The position numbers were made by a program, and so were the translations under genes. From Candidatus Omnitrophota bacterium (GTDB lineage Bacteria > Omnitrophota > Gorgyraeia > Zapsychrales > Zapsychraceae): DNA of 64,000 bases. Position 1 is the stretch's first letter; each line of letters starts with the position of its first letter. Positions 34,437 to 43,784 of the stretch are shown here, one piece after another. The notes under the pieces are model-generated. The model did not search any database. It was not told the origin of the DNA and worked only from the letters and a program-made list of their open reading frames with translations. The DNA lies in the NCBI GenBank assembly GCA_020632515.1, contig JACKFK010000005.1, positions 157,327 through 221,326 on the forward strand. Reading direction: 5' to 3'.

Positions 34437-36923
34437 ATGTCAAAATCCTACACGATTGAAGAAATTAAAAGTATCGAAATTAAGTGGCAGAACTTTTGGG
34501 CAGAGAAGAAAATCTTCGCCGCGGATAATAATTCTACAAAAAAGAAATATTATGTATTAGAAATGTATCCTTATCCATCGGGGAAGCTGCATATGGGGCA
34601 TGTGCGAAATTATACGATTGGCGATGTAATCGCCCGTTTTCGCCGAATGCAGGGATACAATGTGTTGTATCCGATGGGGTTTGATAGTTTTGGTCTGCCT
34701 GCTGAAAATGCCGCGATTAAAAATAATTCCAGTCCTCGGGATTGGACGAATAAACGCATGGATGATATGGTCGCGCAGATGAAGCAGATGGGGTTAAGTT
34801 ATGATTGGTCGCGTTTTCTTTTCAGTCATGATCCTGATTATTACAAATGGAATCAGTGGATTTTTATCCAGATGTTTAAAAAAGGATTGGTATATAAAAA
34901 GAAATCATTGGTGAATTGGGACCCGGTGGATCAAACAGTTTTAGCGAATGAACAGGTTATTGACGGTAAAGGATGGCGCAGCGGTGCTGAGGTGGAGAAA
35001 AAAGAGATTGAACAGTGGTTTATCAAGATCACCGCGTTTGTGGAAGACTTATTGAATGATTTAGATGGGTTGGATGATTGGCCGGAGCAAGTCAAAACCA
35101 TGCAGCGTAATTGGATAGGTAAAAGTGAAGGCACAATTATCCGTTTTGATGTTGTCGATGAAAATGGAAATAAGATTGATGAATTAGAGACGTTTACCAC
35201 GCGGGCGGATACAGTGTTTGGTATTGAATACGTTGTTTTAGCGGCAGAGCATCCTAAATGTAAAAAATGGATTCACGGCAAGGCTTTTGAAACTGAAGTG
35301 GCGGATTTTATTAAGTCTGTCGAGAAACAATCTCTGGTCGAGCGTTTGGGCGAAGGCAAGGATAAAAATGGAAAATTTCTAGGTGTTTACGCTGTTAACC
35401 CGGTCAACGGCCGTAAGGTGCCGATTTGGGTGGCGGATTATGTATTGATGGATTATGGCACCGGCGCTGTAATGGCTGTGCCGGCGCATGACCAACGTGA
35501 TTTTCTGTTTGCTAAAAAGTATCAATTGCCGGTTTCGGTGGTAATCAAGTCAGCGGATAAAGCTTCATTGTTGGCTGATGAGTTAAAGGAGGCGTTTGTT
35601 GAAGAGGGCGTGTTAGTCAATTCCGCGCAGTTTGACGGCACCAACAGCGCTAAGGCGATAGCCGCGATCGCGCAATGGATGGAAGAAAAAGGATTTGGCT
35701 GTCGGACAACAACCTATCGGCTAAAAGATTGGCTTATTTCCCGTCAACGGTATTGGGGAACTCCGATTCCGATTTATTATGATGAAAACAATGATCCTCA
35801 GCCTATTGCGGAAGATCAATTACCCGTCATTTTGCCGGATGATATTGAATTCGGTCGAGGGAATCCGTTGGAAACATCGGAATCCTTTAAATTTTATACA
35901 GATCCAAATACAGGAAAGAAATATCGCCGGGAAACAGATACGATGGATACGTTTTTTGACAGTAGCTGGTATTATATGCGGTATACGGATTTAAACACGA
36001 AGCAGATTTTTGATAAAGACGTCTGCAATTATTGGATGCCGGTTGATCAATATATCGGCGGAATTGAACACGCGATCTTGCATCTTTTATATTCCCGTTT
36101 TTTTACTAAATTTTTAAAAAGTATCGGAATGATTAATTATTCTGAACCATTTAAGCGATTGTTAACGCAAGGAATGGTTTTGCTCGACGGTGAAGTTATG
36201 TCTAAGTCAAAAGGGAATGTGGTTGATCCTGATGAAATGATTCAAAAGTATGGAACAGACGCATTACGCCTTTTTATTTTATTCGCCGCCCCGCCGAAAG
36301 ATCAGTTAGAGTGGAATGATAAAGCTATTGAAGGATCATGGCGGTTTTTGAATCGGATTTGGAATTTTACCGAACAGTATAATCCGGATTTTAAAGAAGA
36401 TGTCGATTTAGCATCTTTGTCGGCGGCAGATAAAGATATGGAACGCGAGCGCGCGGCAACTATTAAAAAAGTGACGGAAGATTTAATCAGTTATAAATTT
36501 AATACCGCTATTAGCAGTTTAATGATTTTGATGAATAATGTGGATAAATATCTCGCTGGGGAACAAACGCCGGTGAAAGGATCTGTTATTAACCGTTTGA
36601 TTCGAACGGTGATTCAATTGCTGTCACCGATGACGCCGCATGTGTGCGAAGAGTTATGGCAGAATATTGGCTCGCCTCAGGAAAGTATTGTTCATGCCCT
36701 TTGGCCGGAATTCGACGAAGCCGCGTTAAAGCAGGACACGGTTCAAATTGTGGTGCAGGTTAATGGAAAATTGCGCGGAAAATTCGATGTACCCGCCGAA
36801 ATTAGTGAAGATGATTTAAAAGAAATCGTCTTAGCCGACGATAGCATTCAAAAGTTTATTCAAAACAAACCTATCCGCAAATTTATCTACATCAAAGGCA
36901 AATTGGCTAACGTGGTGGTGTGA
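34437..36923 (+). CDS. leuS: Leucyl-tRNA synthetase
   Basis: HIGH motif 'HMGHVRNY' and KMSKS motif 'VMSKSKGN'. The N-terminus '[21 protein letters not shown]' is typical. The start at 34437 is preferred because a terminator hairpin lies upstream of it. Confidence 0.95.
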   Translation: MSKSYTIEEIKSIEIKWQNFWAEKKIFAADNNSTKKKYYVLEMYPYPSGKLHMGHVRNYTIGDVIARFRRMQGYNVLYPMGFDSFGLPAENAAIKNNSSPRDWTNKRMDDMVAQMKQMGLSYDWSRFLFSHDPDYYKWNQWIFIQMFKKGLVYKKKSLVNWDPVDQTVLANEQVIDGKGWRSGAEVEKKEIEQWFIKITAFVEDLLNDLDGLDDWPEQVKTMQRNWIGKSEGTIIRFDVVDENGNKIDELETFTTRADTVFGIEYVVLAAEHPKCKKWIHGKAFETEVADFIKSVEKQSLVERLGEGKDKNGKFLGVYAVNPVNGRKVPIWVADYVLMDYGTGAVMAVPAHDQRDFLFAKKYQLPVSVVIKSADKASLLADELKEAFVEEGVLVNSAQFDGTNSAKAIAAIAQWMEEKGFGCRTTTYRLKDWLISRQRYWGTPIPIYYDENNDPQPIAEDQLPVILPDDIEFGRGNPLETSESFKFYTDPNTGKKYRRETDTMDTFFDSSWYYMRYTDLNTKQIFDKDVCNYWMPVDQYIGGIEHAILHLLYSRFFTKFLKSIGMINYSEPFKRLLTQGMVLLDGEVMSKSKGNVVDPDEMIQKYGTDALRLFILFAAPPKDQLEWNDKAIEGSWRFLNRIWNFTEQYNPDFKEDVDLASLSAADKDMERERAATIKKVTEDLISYKFNTAISSLMILMNNVDKYLAGEQTPVKGSVINRLIRTVIQLLSPMTPHVCEELWQNIGSPQESIVHALWPEFDEAALKQDTVQIVVQVNGKLRGKFDVPAEISEDDLKEIVLADDSIQKFIQNKPIRKFIYIKGKLANVVV

Positions 36924-36967
36924 CGGCGATTAAAGTTTTATATTGCTCAATGAGTGAGGAGGTGTTA

Positions 36968-37318
36968 ATGGCGCAAATTGATGTTCAGGGTACAAGAGTG
37001 GAAATTCTGTCATTCAATCAAAAAGAAGATTTTATTTGTCTGACAGATATTGCGCGGTATAAGGATTCTGCGCGGACAGATTATATTATCCAGAACTGGT
37101 TGAGAAATCGCAATACAATTGAATTTCTGGGTATTTGGGAGCAGTTAAACAATCAAGATTTTAAACCCATCGAATTCGATGGGTTTAAAAAACAAGCGGG
37201 CTTGAATAGTTTTGTCTTGACGGCCAAACAATGGATAGAAAAGACGGGCGCGGTCGGAGCATTTGAGAAAATTGAACGCAATCGCGATTGCGCAAATGAA
37301 GTTACTAATTATCAATAA
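36968..37318 (+). CDS. KilA-N domain protein, apparently truncated at the C-terminus
   Basis: 116 aa from the ATG that follows RBS GAGGAGGTG. 'ICLTDIARYK...IIQNWLRNRNTIEFLGIWEQLNN.DFKPIEFDGFKKQAGLNSFVLTAKQWIEKTGAVG' matches the KilA-N family. Family members I recall continue for more than 100 further aa. Confidence 0.65.
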   Translation: MAQIDVQGTRVEILSFNQKEDFICLTDIARYKDSARTDYIIQNWLRNRNTIEFLGIWEQLNNQDFKPIEFDGFKKQAGLNSFVLTAKQWIEKTGAVGAFEKIERNRDCANEVTNYQ

Positions 37319-37521
37319 AAATGTCAAAAAAATTGAGTTAAAAGATCAAAAATAGTTCAAGAATTTAAGAATGTATAACGAAAACGACCTTATCGCTTTA
37401 TCTGCTGTCACGCCTCGTGTAGGTATGGTTTGATGCTGTCTAAGCATTGACTTTTTTAAGTTTTGCTGTTAACATTTGTAAATCGCATCCCCCGCGACTC
37501 CCCGTATTTTAATTCATTTAC

Positions 37522-37860
37522 ATGATGTATTTAACTAAACAGGAAAAGACAGTGGTCTTTTTTCTTTTTCACGTCCTTTTTTGGGGCGCATGTCTGCATT
37601 ACACCTTCATTCGTTTCCCGCAGATTAGAAATTATGTCAATTTAACCGAGAGTGATCAGCTGTATCGTAAGATCAATGTGAATCAGGCTAGCGTGCAAGA
37701 GTTGATGGATATTCCCTACATTGGCGCGTTCACCGCTGAACAAATTATGCGATACCGTCGGGATAATGGGTCTTTGCAATCGCTAGAAGAATTAAAAACG
37801 ATTCGCGGAATTAAACAAAAAAATTTTGAGCGGTTTTCAAAGTATCTGACAGTGAAGTAA
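37522..37860 (+). CDS. comEA: ComEA-like helix-hairpin-helix DNA-binding protein
   Basis: 112 aa. N-terminal TM helix. 'INVNQASVQELMDIPYIGAFTAEQIMRYR...LEELKTIRGIKQKNFERF'. Confidence 0.8.
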   Translation: MMYLTKQEKTVVFFLFHVLFWGACLHYTFIRFPQIRNYVNLTESDQLYRKINVNQASVQELMDIPYIGAFTAEQIMRYRRDNGSLQSLEELKTIRGIKQKNFERFSKYLTVK

Positions 37861-37866
37861 ATTCTC

Positions 37867-39435
37867 ATGGCAAAAGGTGTTTTTACAAATCCATTTACGC
37901 GCCGGCCGTTGTTGAGTCTGGTTTTATGTTTTGGCGCGGGCATTCTGTTGCAATCTATTTGGAATATCCCTTTTCGCTGGACTGCGCTGGGAACATTGGG
38001 TATGTTTGGCGCGGCTTGTTTGTTTTCTTATCGAATCCTAATGGCTTGGGTGTTGTTGATGTTTTCTTTTTCAGGGCTTGGATTTTTGTATGCTACGGTA
38101 AGAACGGTTAATACGGATAATGATATCAGTCGTGTGGCTAGATATTATTATCAAAAGCCATTTATGGTTAAAGGGCAAATTATTTCCGATGTTGAACAGC
38201 GGCGGTTTTTTAACCGGCAGAAGAAAGTTTTTACTTTTAAGATTAAACAGGTTAAAAGTCCGTGGGGGTGGAAGGATAGAGACGGTCGGGTGTTGGTGAA
38301 TTTGTATGGTGATTTGCCGTGCGGTTTTGGGGACGAGTTGTTGCTGGAAGGGAAGCTTCACCGGCCATTTGAATTTGATAAAGAAGGACATTTTTCTTAT
38401 CGAAAATATCTTGCCCGAAAGGGTATCCAATATATTTTAAGTGTAAAGCGCGGGAATCAGGCGGAGATTCTTAATCAGCAAGCCAATAAATCTGTACGAT
38501 TTTATGTGATTTATTACCGTAACTATCTGAAAGAAATTTTAAAACAATATCTGACCGTTAACGAGGCTGGATTGCTACAGGCAATTTTATTGGGCGACCG
38601 TTCACAGTTGCCGAATCATATCCGGGATTTATTTGAGCGTACTGGCACGGCGCATGTTTTAGCCATCAGCGGTTTGCATATCGGGATTATTGTGGGGATT
38701 CTGCTGGTGCTGGTCAAACTTTTGCCGTTAACGCGGGGGTTACAGTACGGCGTTACAATCATGGTGATTATTATTTACGCGTTTCTCACCGGCGGACGAC
38801 CTTCGGTCGTGCGCGCGGTGGTTATGGCTGTTATTGTGTTAACGAGTTTAATATTGGAAAAAGAGCCGGATTGGCCAAGCACGGTTTCTTTGGCCGCGTT
38901 TATTTTGTTGATTATTAATCCGTTTTACTTGTTTGACATTGGGTTTCAACTTTCATTTGTTTGTGTGCTTTTTATTGTGCTTTTTCAAAAACAGGTTCAA
39001 CAGGGATTGATAACGCTGCTGCCAGTTATTAAGGATAAAAAATGGTGCGAAATTGTGATAGGGGGGATGAGTGTGTCTTTAACAGCTTGGCTAGGTGCTG
39101 CGGGATTGATTATGTATTATTTTCAGATTGTGACACCGATCGCTGTGTTAGCCAACGGCCTGGTGGTGCCGCTCATGACGTTGTTGGTTGCGGCTGGTTT
39201 GGGGCTTTTGATTATGGGAGGTATAGTCCCATTTTTTGCGGTTTGTTTTGCGTATTGTCTGAAGGGGATTTTAAATGTTATGATCGGAATTATTTTTCTA
39301 TTCAATAAACTGCCCGGGGCGTATTTCTTAATTAAACCTATATCCGGTTTTATGGTTGCGGGGTTCTATTTTGTCTTAATTTTAGGGATTTATTCTGTTA
39401 AGGTTTTGGGTAAAAAAAATTTTTCGCAACTTTAA
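37867..39435 (+). CDS. comEC: ComEC/Rec2 DNA internalisation channel, without a metallo-beta-lactamase domain
   Basis: 522 aa, polytopic. Competence-domain signature 'TGTAHVLAISGLHIGI'. It ends before any beta-lactamase-fold region. Confidence 0.85.
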   Translation: MAKGVFTNPFTRRPLLSLVLCFGAGILLQSIWNIPFRWTALGTLGMFGAACLFSYRILMAWVLLMFSFSGLGFLYATVRTVNTDNDISRVARYYYQKPFMVKGQIISDVEQRRFFNRQKKVFTFKIKQVKSPWGWKDRDGRVLVNLYGDLPCGFGDELLLEGKLHRPFEFDKEGHFSYRKYLARKGIQYILSVKRGNQAEILNQQANKSVRFYVIYYRNYLKEILKQYLTVNEAGLLQAILLGDRSQLPNHIRDLFERTGTAHVLAISGLHIGIIVGILLVLVKLLPLTRGLQYGVTIMVIIIYAFLTGGRPSVVRAVVMAVIVLTSLILEKEPDWPSTVSLAAFILLIINPFYLFDIGFQLSFVCVLFIVLFQKQVQQGLITLLPVIKDKKWCEIVIGGMSVSLTAWLGAAGLIMYYFQIVTPIAVLANGLVVPLMTLLVAAGLGLLIMGGIVPFFAVCFAYCLKGILNVMIGIIFLFNKLPGAYFLIKPISGFMVAGFYFVLILGIYSVKVLGKKNFSQL

Positions 39436-39526
39436 TCTTTCGTAAATTCAAAAATTTCGTTATTATATTAATAATTATATTTATTCAAATTGACATTTTT
39501 GTTTCAATTGACAAATTTCATAGTCT

Positions 39527-40495
39527 ATGATAAATTCCCCTGCAATGAATAGAAATATCCTTCTTACTATTCTGATCATTCTTTTTTCTGCCGCGAACGC
39601 TTCTGCCTTTTGGATCTGGACCCCGGAAACCAATAAGTGGGTTAATCCTAAATATTCCGTCAAAGAAACCCCTATTGAACAGCTTGAATTAGCACGAGAT
39701 TATTATAAGAAAAAGGATTACAAAGAGGCGATTAAAGAGTTTAATAAGTTGATTAAGCATTATCCTAAGGCAGTTGAAGCGCCGGAAGCTCAATATTATA
39801 TCGGGTTATGTCTGGAAGAACAGGATGAATTTTATGAGGCTGTGAAAGAATATCAAGTCGTGATTGATAAGTATCCTTTTAGTGAGCGGTCAGCGGAAAT
39901 TGTTAAACGGCAGTATGATATTGGGGAAAAGTTGTTGGAAGGGCGGAAAGACCGCAGTAAGTTTATTGAAGCGATCGCGGGGACGAATTATGATGTTATT
40001 GATATTTTTCGTAAAGTGATAAAAAATGCTCCATATGGTGAGCTTGCCCCACCAGCTCAATATAAAATAGGATTATATTTATTAGAGAAAGGGCTGTTTC
40101 AAGAAGCTCGGGATGAATTTGAAAAAGTTCTTAATGATTATCCCGACAACGAATGGTCAAAAGCGGCAAAATATCAAATTGCGATTTCAGATTCACGCCG
40201 TTCTACCAATGTGGAGTATGATCAAAAGATTACGCAGTCAGCTGTAGAAGAGTTTAAGGAGTTTGTTGATATCTATCCTGACGCTGAACTTTCTAGAGAG
40301 GCTAAAAAACATATTCAAACCTTACGCGATAAAGAAGCTAAGAACGCGTATATGATTGCGCAATTTTACGAAAAGCAACAAAATTATAAAGCGGCCAAGA
40401 TTTACTATCAGGCTGTCGTTGATGAACATTCGAATTCAAAATGGTCGTCTAAAGCACTGGTTAAAATTCGGGAAATGACCGAAAAAATTGAGTAA
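39527..40495 (+). CDS. bamD: BamD (YfiO)-like TPR outer-membrane assembly factor
   Basis: 322 aa. Signal peptide. Repeated '...A...F..L...YP....A..A.Y.IG' TPR-like units typical of BamD and YbgF. There is no lipobox cysteine (signal ends 'ANA-SA'). Confidence 0.55.
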   Translation: MINSPAMNRNILLTILIILFSAANASAFWIWTPETNKWVNPKYSVKETPIEQLELARDYYKKKDYKEAIKEFNKLIKHYPKAVEAPEAQYYIGLCLEEQDEFYEAVKEYQVVIDKYPFSERSAEIVKRQYDIGEKLLEGRKDRSKFIEAIAGTNYDVIDIFRKVIKNAPYGELAPPAQYKIGLYLLEKGLFQEARDEFEKVLNDYPDNEWSKAAKYQIAISDSRRSTNVEYDQKITQSAVEEFKEFVDIYPDAELSREAKKHIQTLRDKEAKNAYMIAQFYEKQQNYKAAKIYYQAVVDEHSNSKWSSKALVKIREMTEKIE

Positions 40496-40504
40496 AAGGA
40501 TTAT

Positions 40505-41032
40505 ATGAAAATATTAAAAACATTCATCATGGTTTTTCTTGCGGTAAGTATAACCGGGTGCGGCTATTCAACAAGGTCGTTGTTGCCCAATCACATAAAG
40601 ACTATATATGTAGAACCTTTTAAGAACAGTATTGATTTCGCATCCGAAGGGCGGCGGAATATTTATTTTCCTTTATTGGAAGTAAATTCGCGTAACGCTA
40701 TTATTGAACGGTATATTTTTGATGGAAATCTGCGTGTCTCCGAATCACAAAACGCGGATTTGGTTTTAAAAGGGGAATTGATCAATTATGATCGGACAGC
40801 TCTTCGCTATACCGACAATGATGATGTCCAAGAGTATCGCGTGTATATAACTGTAAAACTTGAGCTATGGGATGCGGTTAACCAGGAATATATGTGGACA
40901 GAAAGTTCTTTTACTGGAGAGGCGACATATTTTATAACCGGCGCCTTAGCCACAACAGAAGAATCTGCTGTTGCCGAAGCTATTACAGACTTAGCTCGGC
41001 GGGTTGTTGAACGGACAATTGAGAATTGGTAA
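40505..41032 (+). CDS. lptE: LptE-like LPS assembly lipoprotein
   Basis: 175 aa. Lipobox 'SITGC'. Size and position fit: it lies immediately upstream of holA, as in the E. coli leuS-lptE-holA arrangement, and leuS is 3.6 kb upstream. Confidence 0.5.
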   Translation: MKILKTFIMVFLAVSITGCGYSTRSLLPNHIKTIYVEPFKNSIDFASEGRRNIYFPLLEVNSRNAIIERYIFDGNLRVSESQNADLVLKGELINYDRTALRYTDNDDVQEYRVYITVKLELWDAVNQEYMWTESSFTGEATYFITGALATTEESAVAEAITDLARRVVERTIENW

Positions 41033-41095
41033 TTTAAGGTCACAAGATGCATATTGGGTTGCTCGATACAGTATGCGGTTTTGTGACCTTAAATT
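41031..41095. repeat. Perfect 15-bp inverted repeat with a GGTCACAA core (simple member of the GTCACAA element family, or a terminator)
   Basis: AATTTAAGGTCACAA (41031-41045), a 35-nt loop, then TTGTGACCTTAAATT (41081-41095), followed by ATTTTT. It overlaps the lptE-like stop codon. Confidence 0.85.
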
Positions 41096-41179
41096 ATTTT
41101 TAATGAAATCTAAACGAATGGTAAAAGGGCAGCTGAAAGAGTATTATAAAACTGATTATCTGTCCTTCTTGGAATTATT

Positions 41180-41827
41180 ATGATTTATTTGCTGGTGGGT
41201 AATAATAGTTTGGCTAAAGATGAAAAGATTGCGGAAATTAAGGAGACAATATTTGCCGGCCGTAACGATGCTCTTCAATTTGATTTTGAAGTGCTTCATG
41301 GACATAAATTAACACCAGCTGATTTAAAAAAATCGCTTATTACTCTTCCGGCGGTTGTCAAAAAACGGCTTATCCTCATCCGTCAGCTTGAAAAATTAAC
41401 CCAACAAAATAAAACAATTTTGATAGAGATTATTGAGCAGAAACCGGATTATATGGAGTTGATATTAGATACATTTGAGCCGGCGAATAACGCGTTTTAT
41501 AAAAAGGTGACAAGTCACGCTAAGGTTTTTCAATTTGGAGTAAGTGTTAAACAAAATGTTTTTGATATGACCAAAGCATTGTCAGCAAATGATCCGGTTA
41601 AGGCATTAAAAATTTTGAATGATTTGTATATAGATGGACAGCATCCATTACAGATTATGGGTGGATTGGTTTGGTATTGGGGGAAGAATAAAAATCGGAT
41701 TGCAGGTGATCAATACCAGCAGGGTTTATTGGAATTGCAACGGGCAGATTTAAATATTAAGAGAAGCCGAATCAATCCGGAAGAAGCCGTAGAGATCTTA
41801 GTTGTAAAACTTGCGAATCTACAATAA
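41180..41827 (+). CDS. holA: DNA polymerase III delta subunit (HolA), short form
   Basis: 215 aa. 'IYLLVGNN', 'LTPADLKKSLITLPAVVKKRLILIRQLEKL', and the C-terminal 'LLELQRADLNIKRSR...EILVVKL' fit the delta pattern. It lies downstream of the lptE-like gene. Confidence 0.55.
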   Translation: MIYLLVGNNSLAKDEKIAEIKETIFAGRNDALQFDFEVLHGHKLTPADLKKSLITLPAVVKKRLILIRQLEKLTQQNKTILIEIIEQKPDYMELILDTFEPANNAFYKKVTSHAKVFQFGVSVKQNVFDMTKALSANDPVKALKILNDLYIDGQHPLQIMGGLVWYWGKNKNRIAGDQYQQGLLELQRADLNIKRSRINPEEAVEILVVKLANLQ

Positions 41828-41834
41828 GACAGTT

Positions 41835-42101
41835 TTAGGCTTCAATACCGGTTAAGATTTTTGTGAATCGAGATTTACGGCGGGCTACAGTGTTCTTAGA
41901 TAAAATGTTGCTTTTAACGGCTTTATCAAGCTTTTTGTAGACTAATCTTAAATCAGCAACAGCTTCTGTTTTATTTTTAGCTGTAACAGAACCAAGAAAT
42001 TTTTTGATTGTTTTTCTTAGATCTGTTTTGATATTCAGATTGTGCATCCGATTTCGATAATTTTTTTGTAACTCGTCAACTCCAGATTTTCTTTGTGGCA
42101 A
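41835..42101 (-). CDS. rpsT: 30S ribosomal protein S20
   Basis: 88 aa, basic. 'RNRMHNLNIKTDLRKTIKKF' and 'LDKAVKSNILSKNTVARRKSR'. Confidence 0.9.
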   Translation of the reverse strand: MPQRKSGVDELQKNYRNRMHNLNIKTDLRKTIKKFLGSVTAKNKTEAVADLRLVYKKLDKAVKSNILSKNTVARRKSRFTKILTGIEA

Positions 42102-42152
42102 TTTAATGCTCCTTTCTTAAACAAGGGGACAATATAACAAAAAGACCTGTTT

Positions 42153-43757
42153 ATGTCAAATAAAAAAGATAGTCCGAAGCTAGAACCGGAAGACGCATCA
42201 GATTCACATCATTCTATTATTAAAAGGACTTCGCTACTCTCGGTAGGAACATTATCTTCGCGTATATTAGGGTTTTTACGGGATATTGTTTTGGCAAAAT
42301 TGTTAGGAACCGGATTTCGAGCAGATGCTTTCTTTGTGGCTCTAAAAATCCCGAATTTATTTAGGGATTTGGTGGGAGAGGGGGCTGCTAATGCGGCGGT
42401 GGTTCCTATCTTGGCGGAATATAAAGAAAAACATAAGGCGATTGCTTTTTGGCGTTTTGTTAGTGTGATCTTAATTTTAGCGTTTATTGTATTAAGTGTT
42501 ATTACTATTTTAGGGGTTCTTTTCGCGCCGATAATTGTCCGGGTGATGGTGCCTGGATTTATGGCGGACGATCATAAATTGCTTCTTACAATAAAGTTAA
42601 CGCGATTGATGTTTCCGTATTTGATTTTTATCGGATTGACAGCGTATTTTGTGGGCATTTTATTTACCTTTAGGTCGTTTTTGGTGCCGGCTTTCAGCCC
42701 TTGTTTGTTAAATGTTTCTGTTATTCTCAGCGCTTATATTTCTTCCAGAACGATGGAAGAACCTGTTTTTGGATTAGCGATTGGTGTTTTAATCGGAGGT
42801 GTTCTGCAATTACTGTTTCAGATTAAACCGCTTTTTAAAATAGGGTTTAAATTTTATCCTCCAAAAACATTAGAGCATGAAGGAGCTAAGAAAATCGGGC
42901 GGTTGCTCATTCCGCGAATTTTGGGCAGTGGCGTGTATCAGATTACTGTTCTGGTAGATACCTTTTGTGCGTCTTTGGCGGCGATCGTAGGGCCGGGAGG
43001 GATTTCAGCTATTTATTATGCCAACCGTATTATCCAATTTCCCATGGGGGTTTTCAGCGTAGCGCTGGCTTCCGCGGTGTTGCCCTCGCTTTCCGGACTA
43101 GCCAATAAAAAAGATATTAAATCAATTAAGAAAACGTTGATTTTTTCATTGGAAAATATTTTCTTTATTATGTGTCCGACAATTGTCATCATTTTATTAT
43201 TATCTAATCCGATTATTCGCATTCTTTTTCAACGTGGACAGTTTGACGCGAACTCGACCGACATTACATCTATGGTTTTAGCGTATTATTCAATTGGTTT
43301 GTTTAGCTTTGGCGGAATCAAAATTCTGGTAACTGGATTTCATGCCCTGCAAGATACAAAGACGCCGGTGAAAGTGGCAGCGCTGTGTTTAACAATTAAC
43401 GCGGCTTTGAATTTTATTTTAATGGTACCGCTTAAAGTCGGCGGGATTGCTTTGGCTAGTTCTATCGCCGGTACGGTAGACTTTCTTATTTTGTTTTATA
43501 TGATGGATAAACGGTTAGGCGGATTAAATTCCGGTTTGTTCGGATATTTTGCGAAAGTTACTCTGGCCGCGGCGATCACCGGCGTGATTGAATATTGGAC
43601 GTGGACGCATGTGATTTTTATCAACGAGGTCGTTCGATTGTGTGTCGTTGGGGTTTGCGGTATTTTGATTTATCAGACGATTTGTTTGGCGTTAAATGTA
43701 GAGCAGGCGCGTAAAATCGCAGACAGTTTTAAGAAACTGTTAGGTCAAAAAGCGTAA
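42153..43757 (+). CDS. murJ: Lipid II flippase MurJ (MviN)
   Basis: 534 aa, 14-TM class. N-terminal 'SRILGFLRDIVLAKLLGTGFRADAFFVALKIPNLFRDLVGEGA'. Confidence 0.9.
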   Translation: MSNKKDSPKLEPEDASDSHHSIIKRTSLLSVGTLSSRILGFLRDIVLAKLLGTGFRADAFFVALKIPNLFRDLVGEGAANAAVVPILAEYKEKHKAIAFWRFVSVILILAFIVLSVITILGVLFAPIIVRVMVPGFMADDHKLLLTIKLTRLMFPYLIFIGLTAYFVGILFTFRSFLVPAFSPCLLNVSVILSAYISSRTMEEPVFGLAIGVLIGGVLQLLFQIKPLFKIGFKFYPPKTLEHEGAKKIGRLLIPRILGSGVYQITVLVDTFCASLAAIVGPGGISAIYYANRIIQFPMGVFSVALASAVLPSLSGLANKKDIKSIKKTLIFSLENIFFIMCPTIVIILLLSNPIIRILFQRGQFDANSTDITSMVLAYYSIGLFSFGGIKILVTGFHALQDTKTPVKVAALCLTINAALNFILMVPLKVGGIALASSIAGTVDFLILFYMMDKRLGGLNSGLFGYFAKVTLAAAITGVIEYWTWTHVIFINEVVRLCVVGVCGILIYQTICLALNVEQARKIADSFKKLLGQKA

Positions 43758-43784
43758 AAATGAAAATAAGGTGTTAGGATTTTG

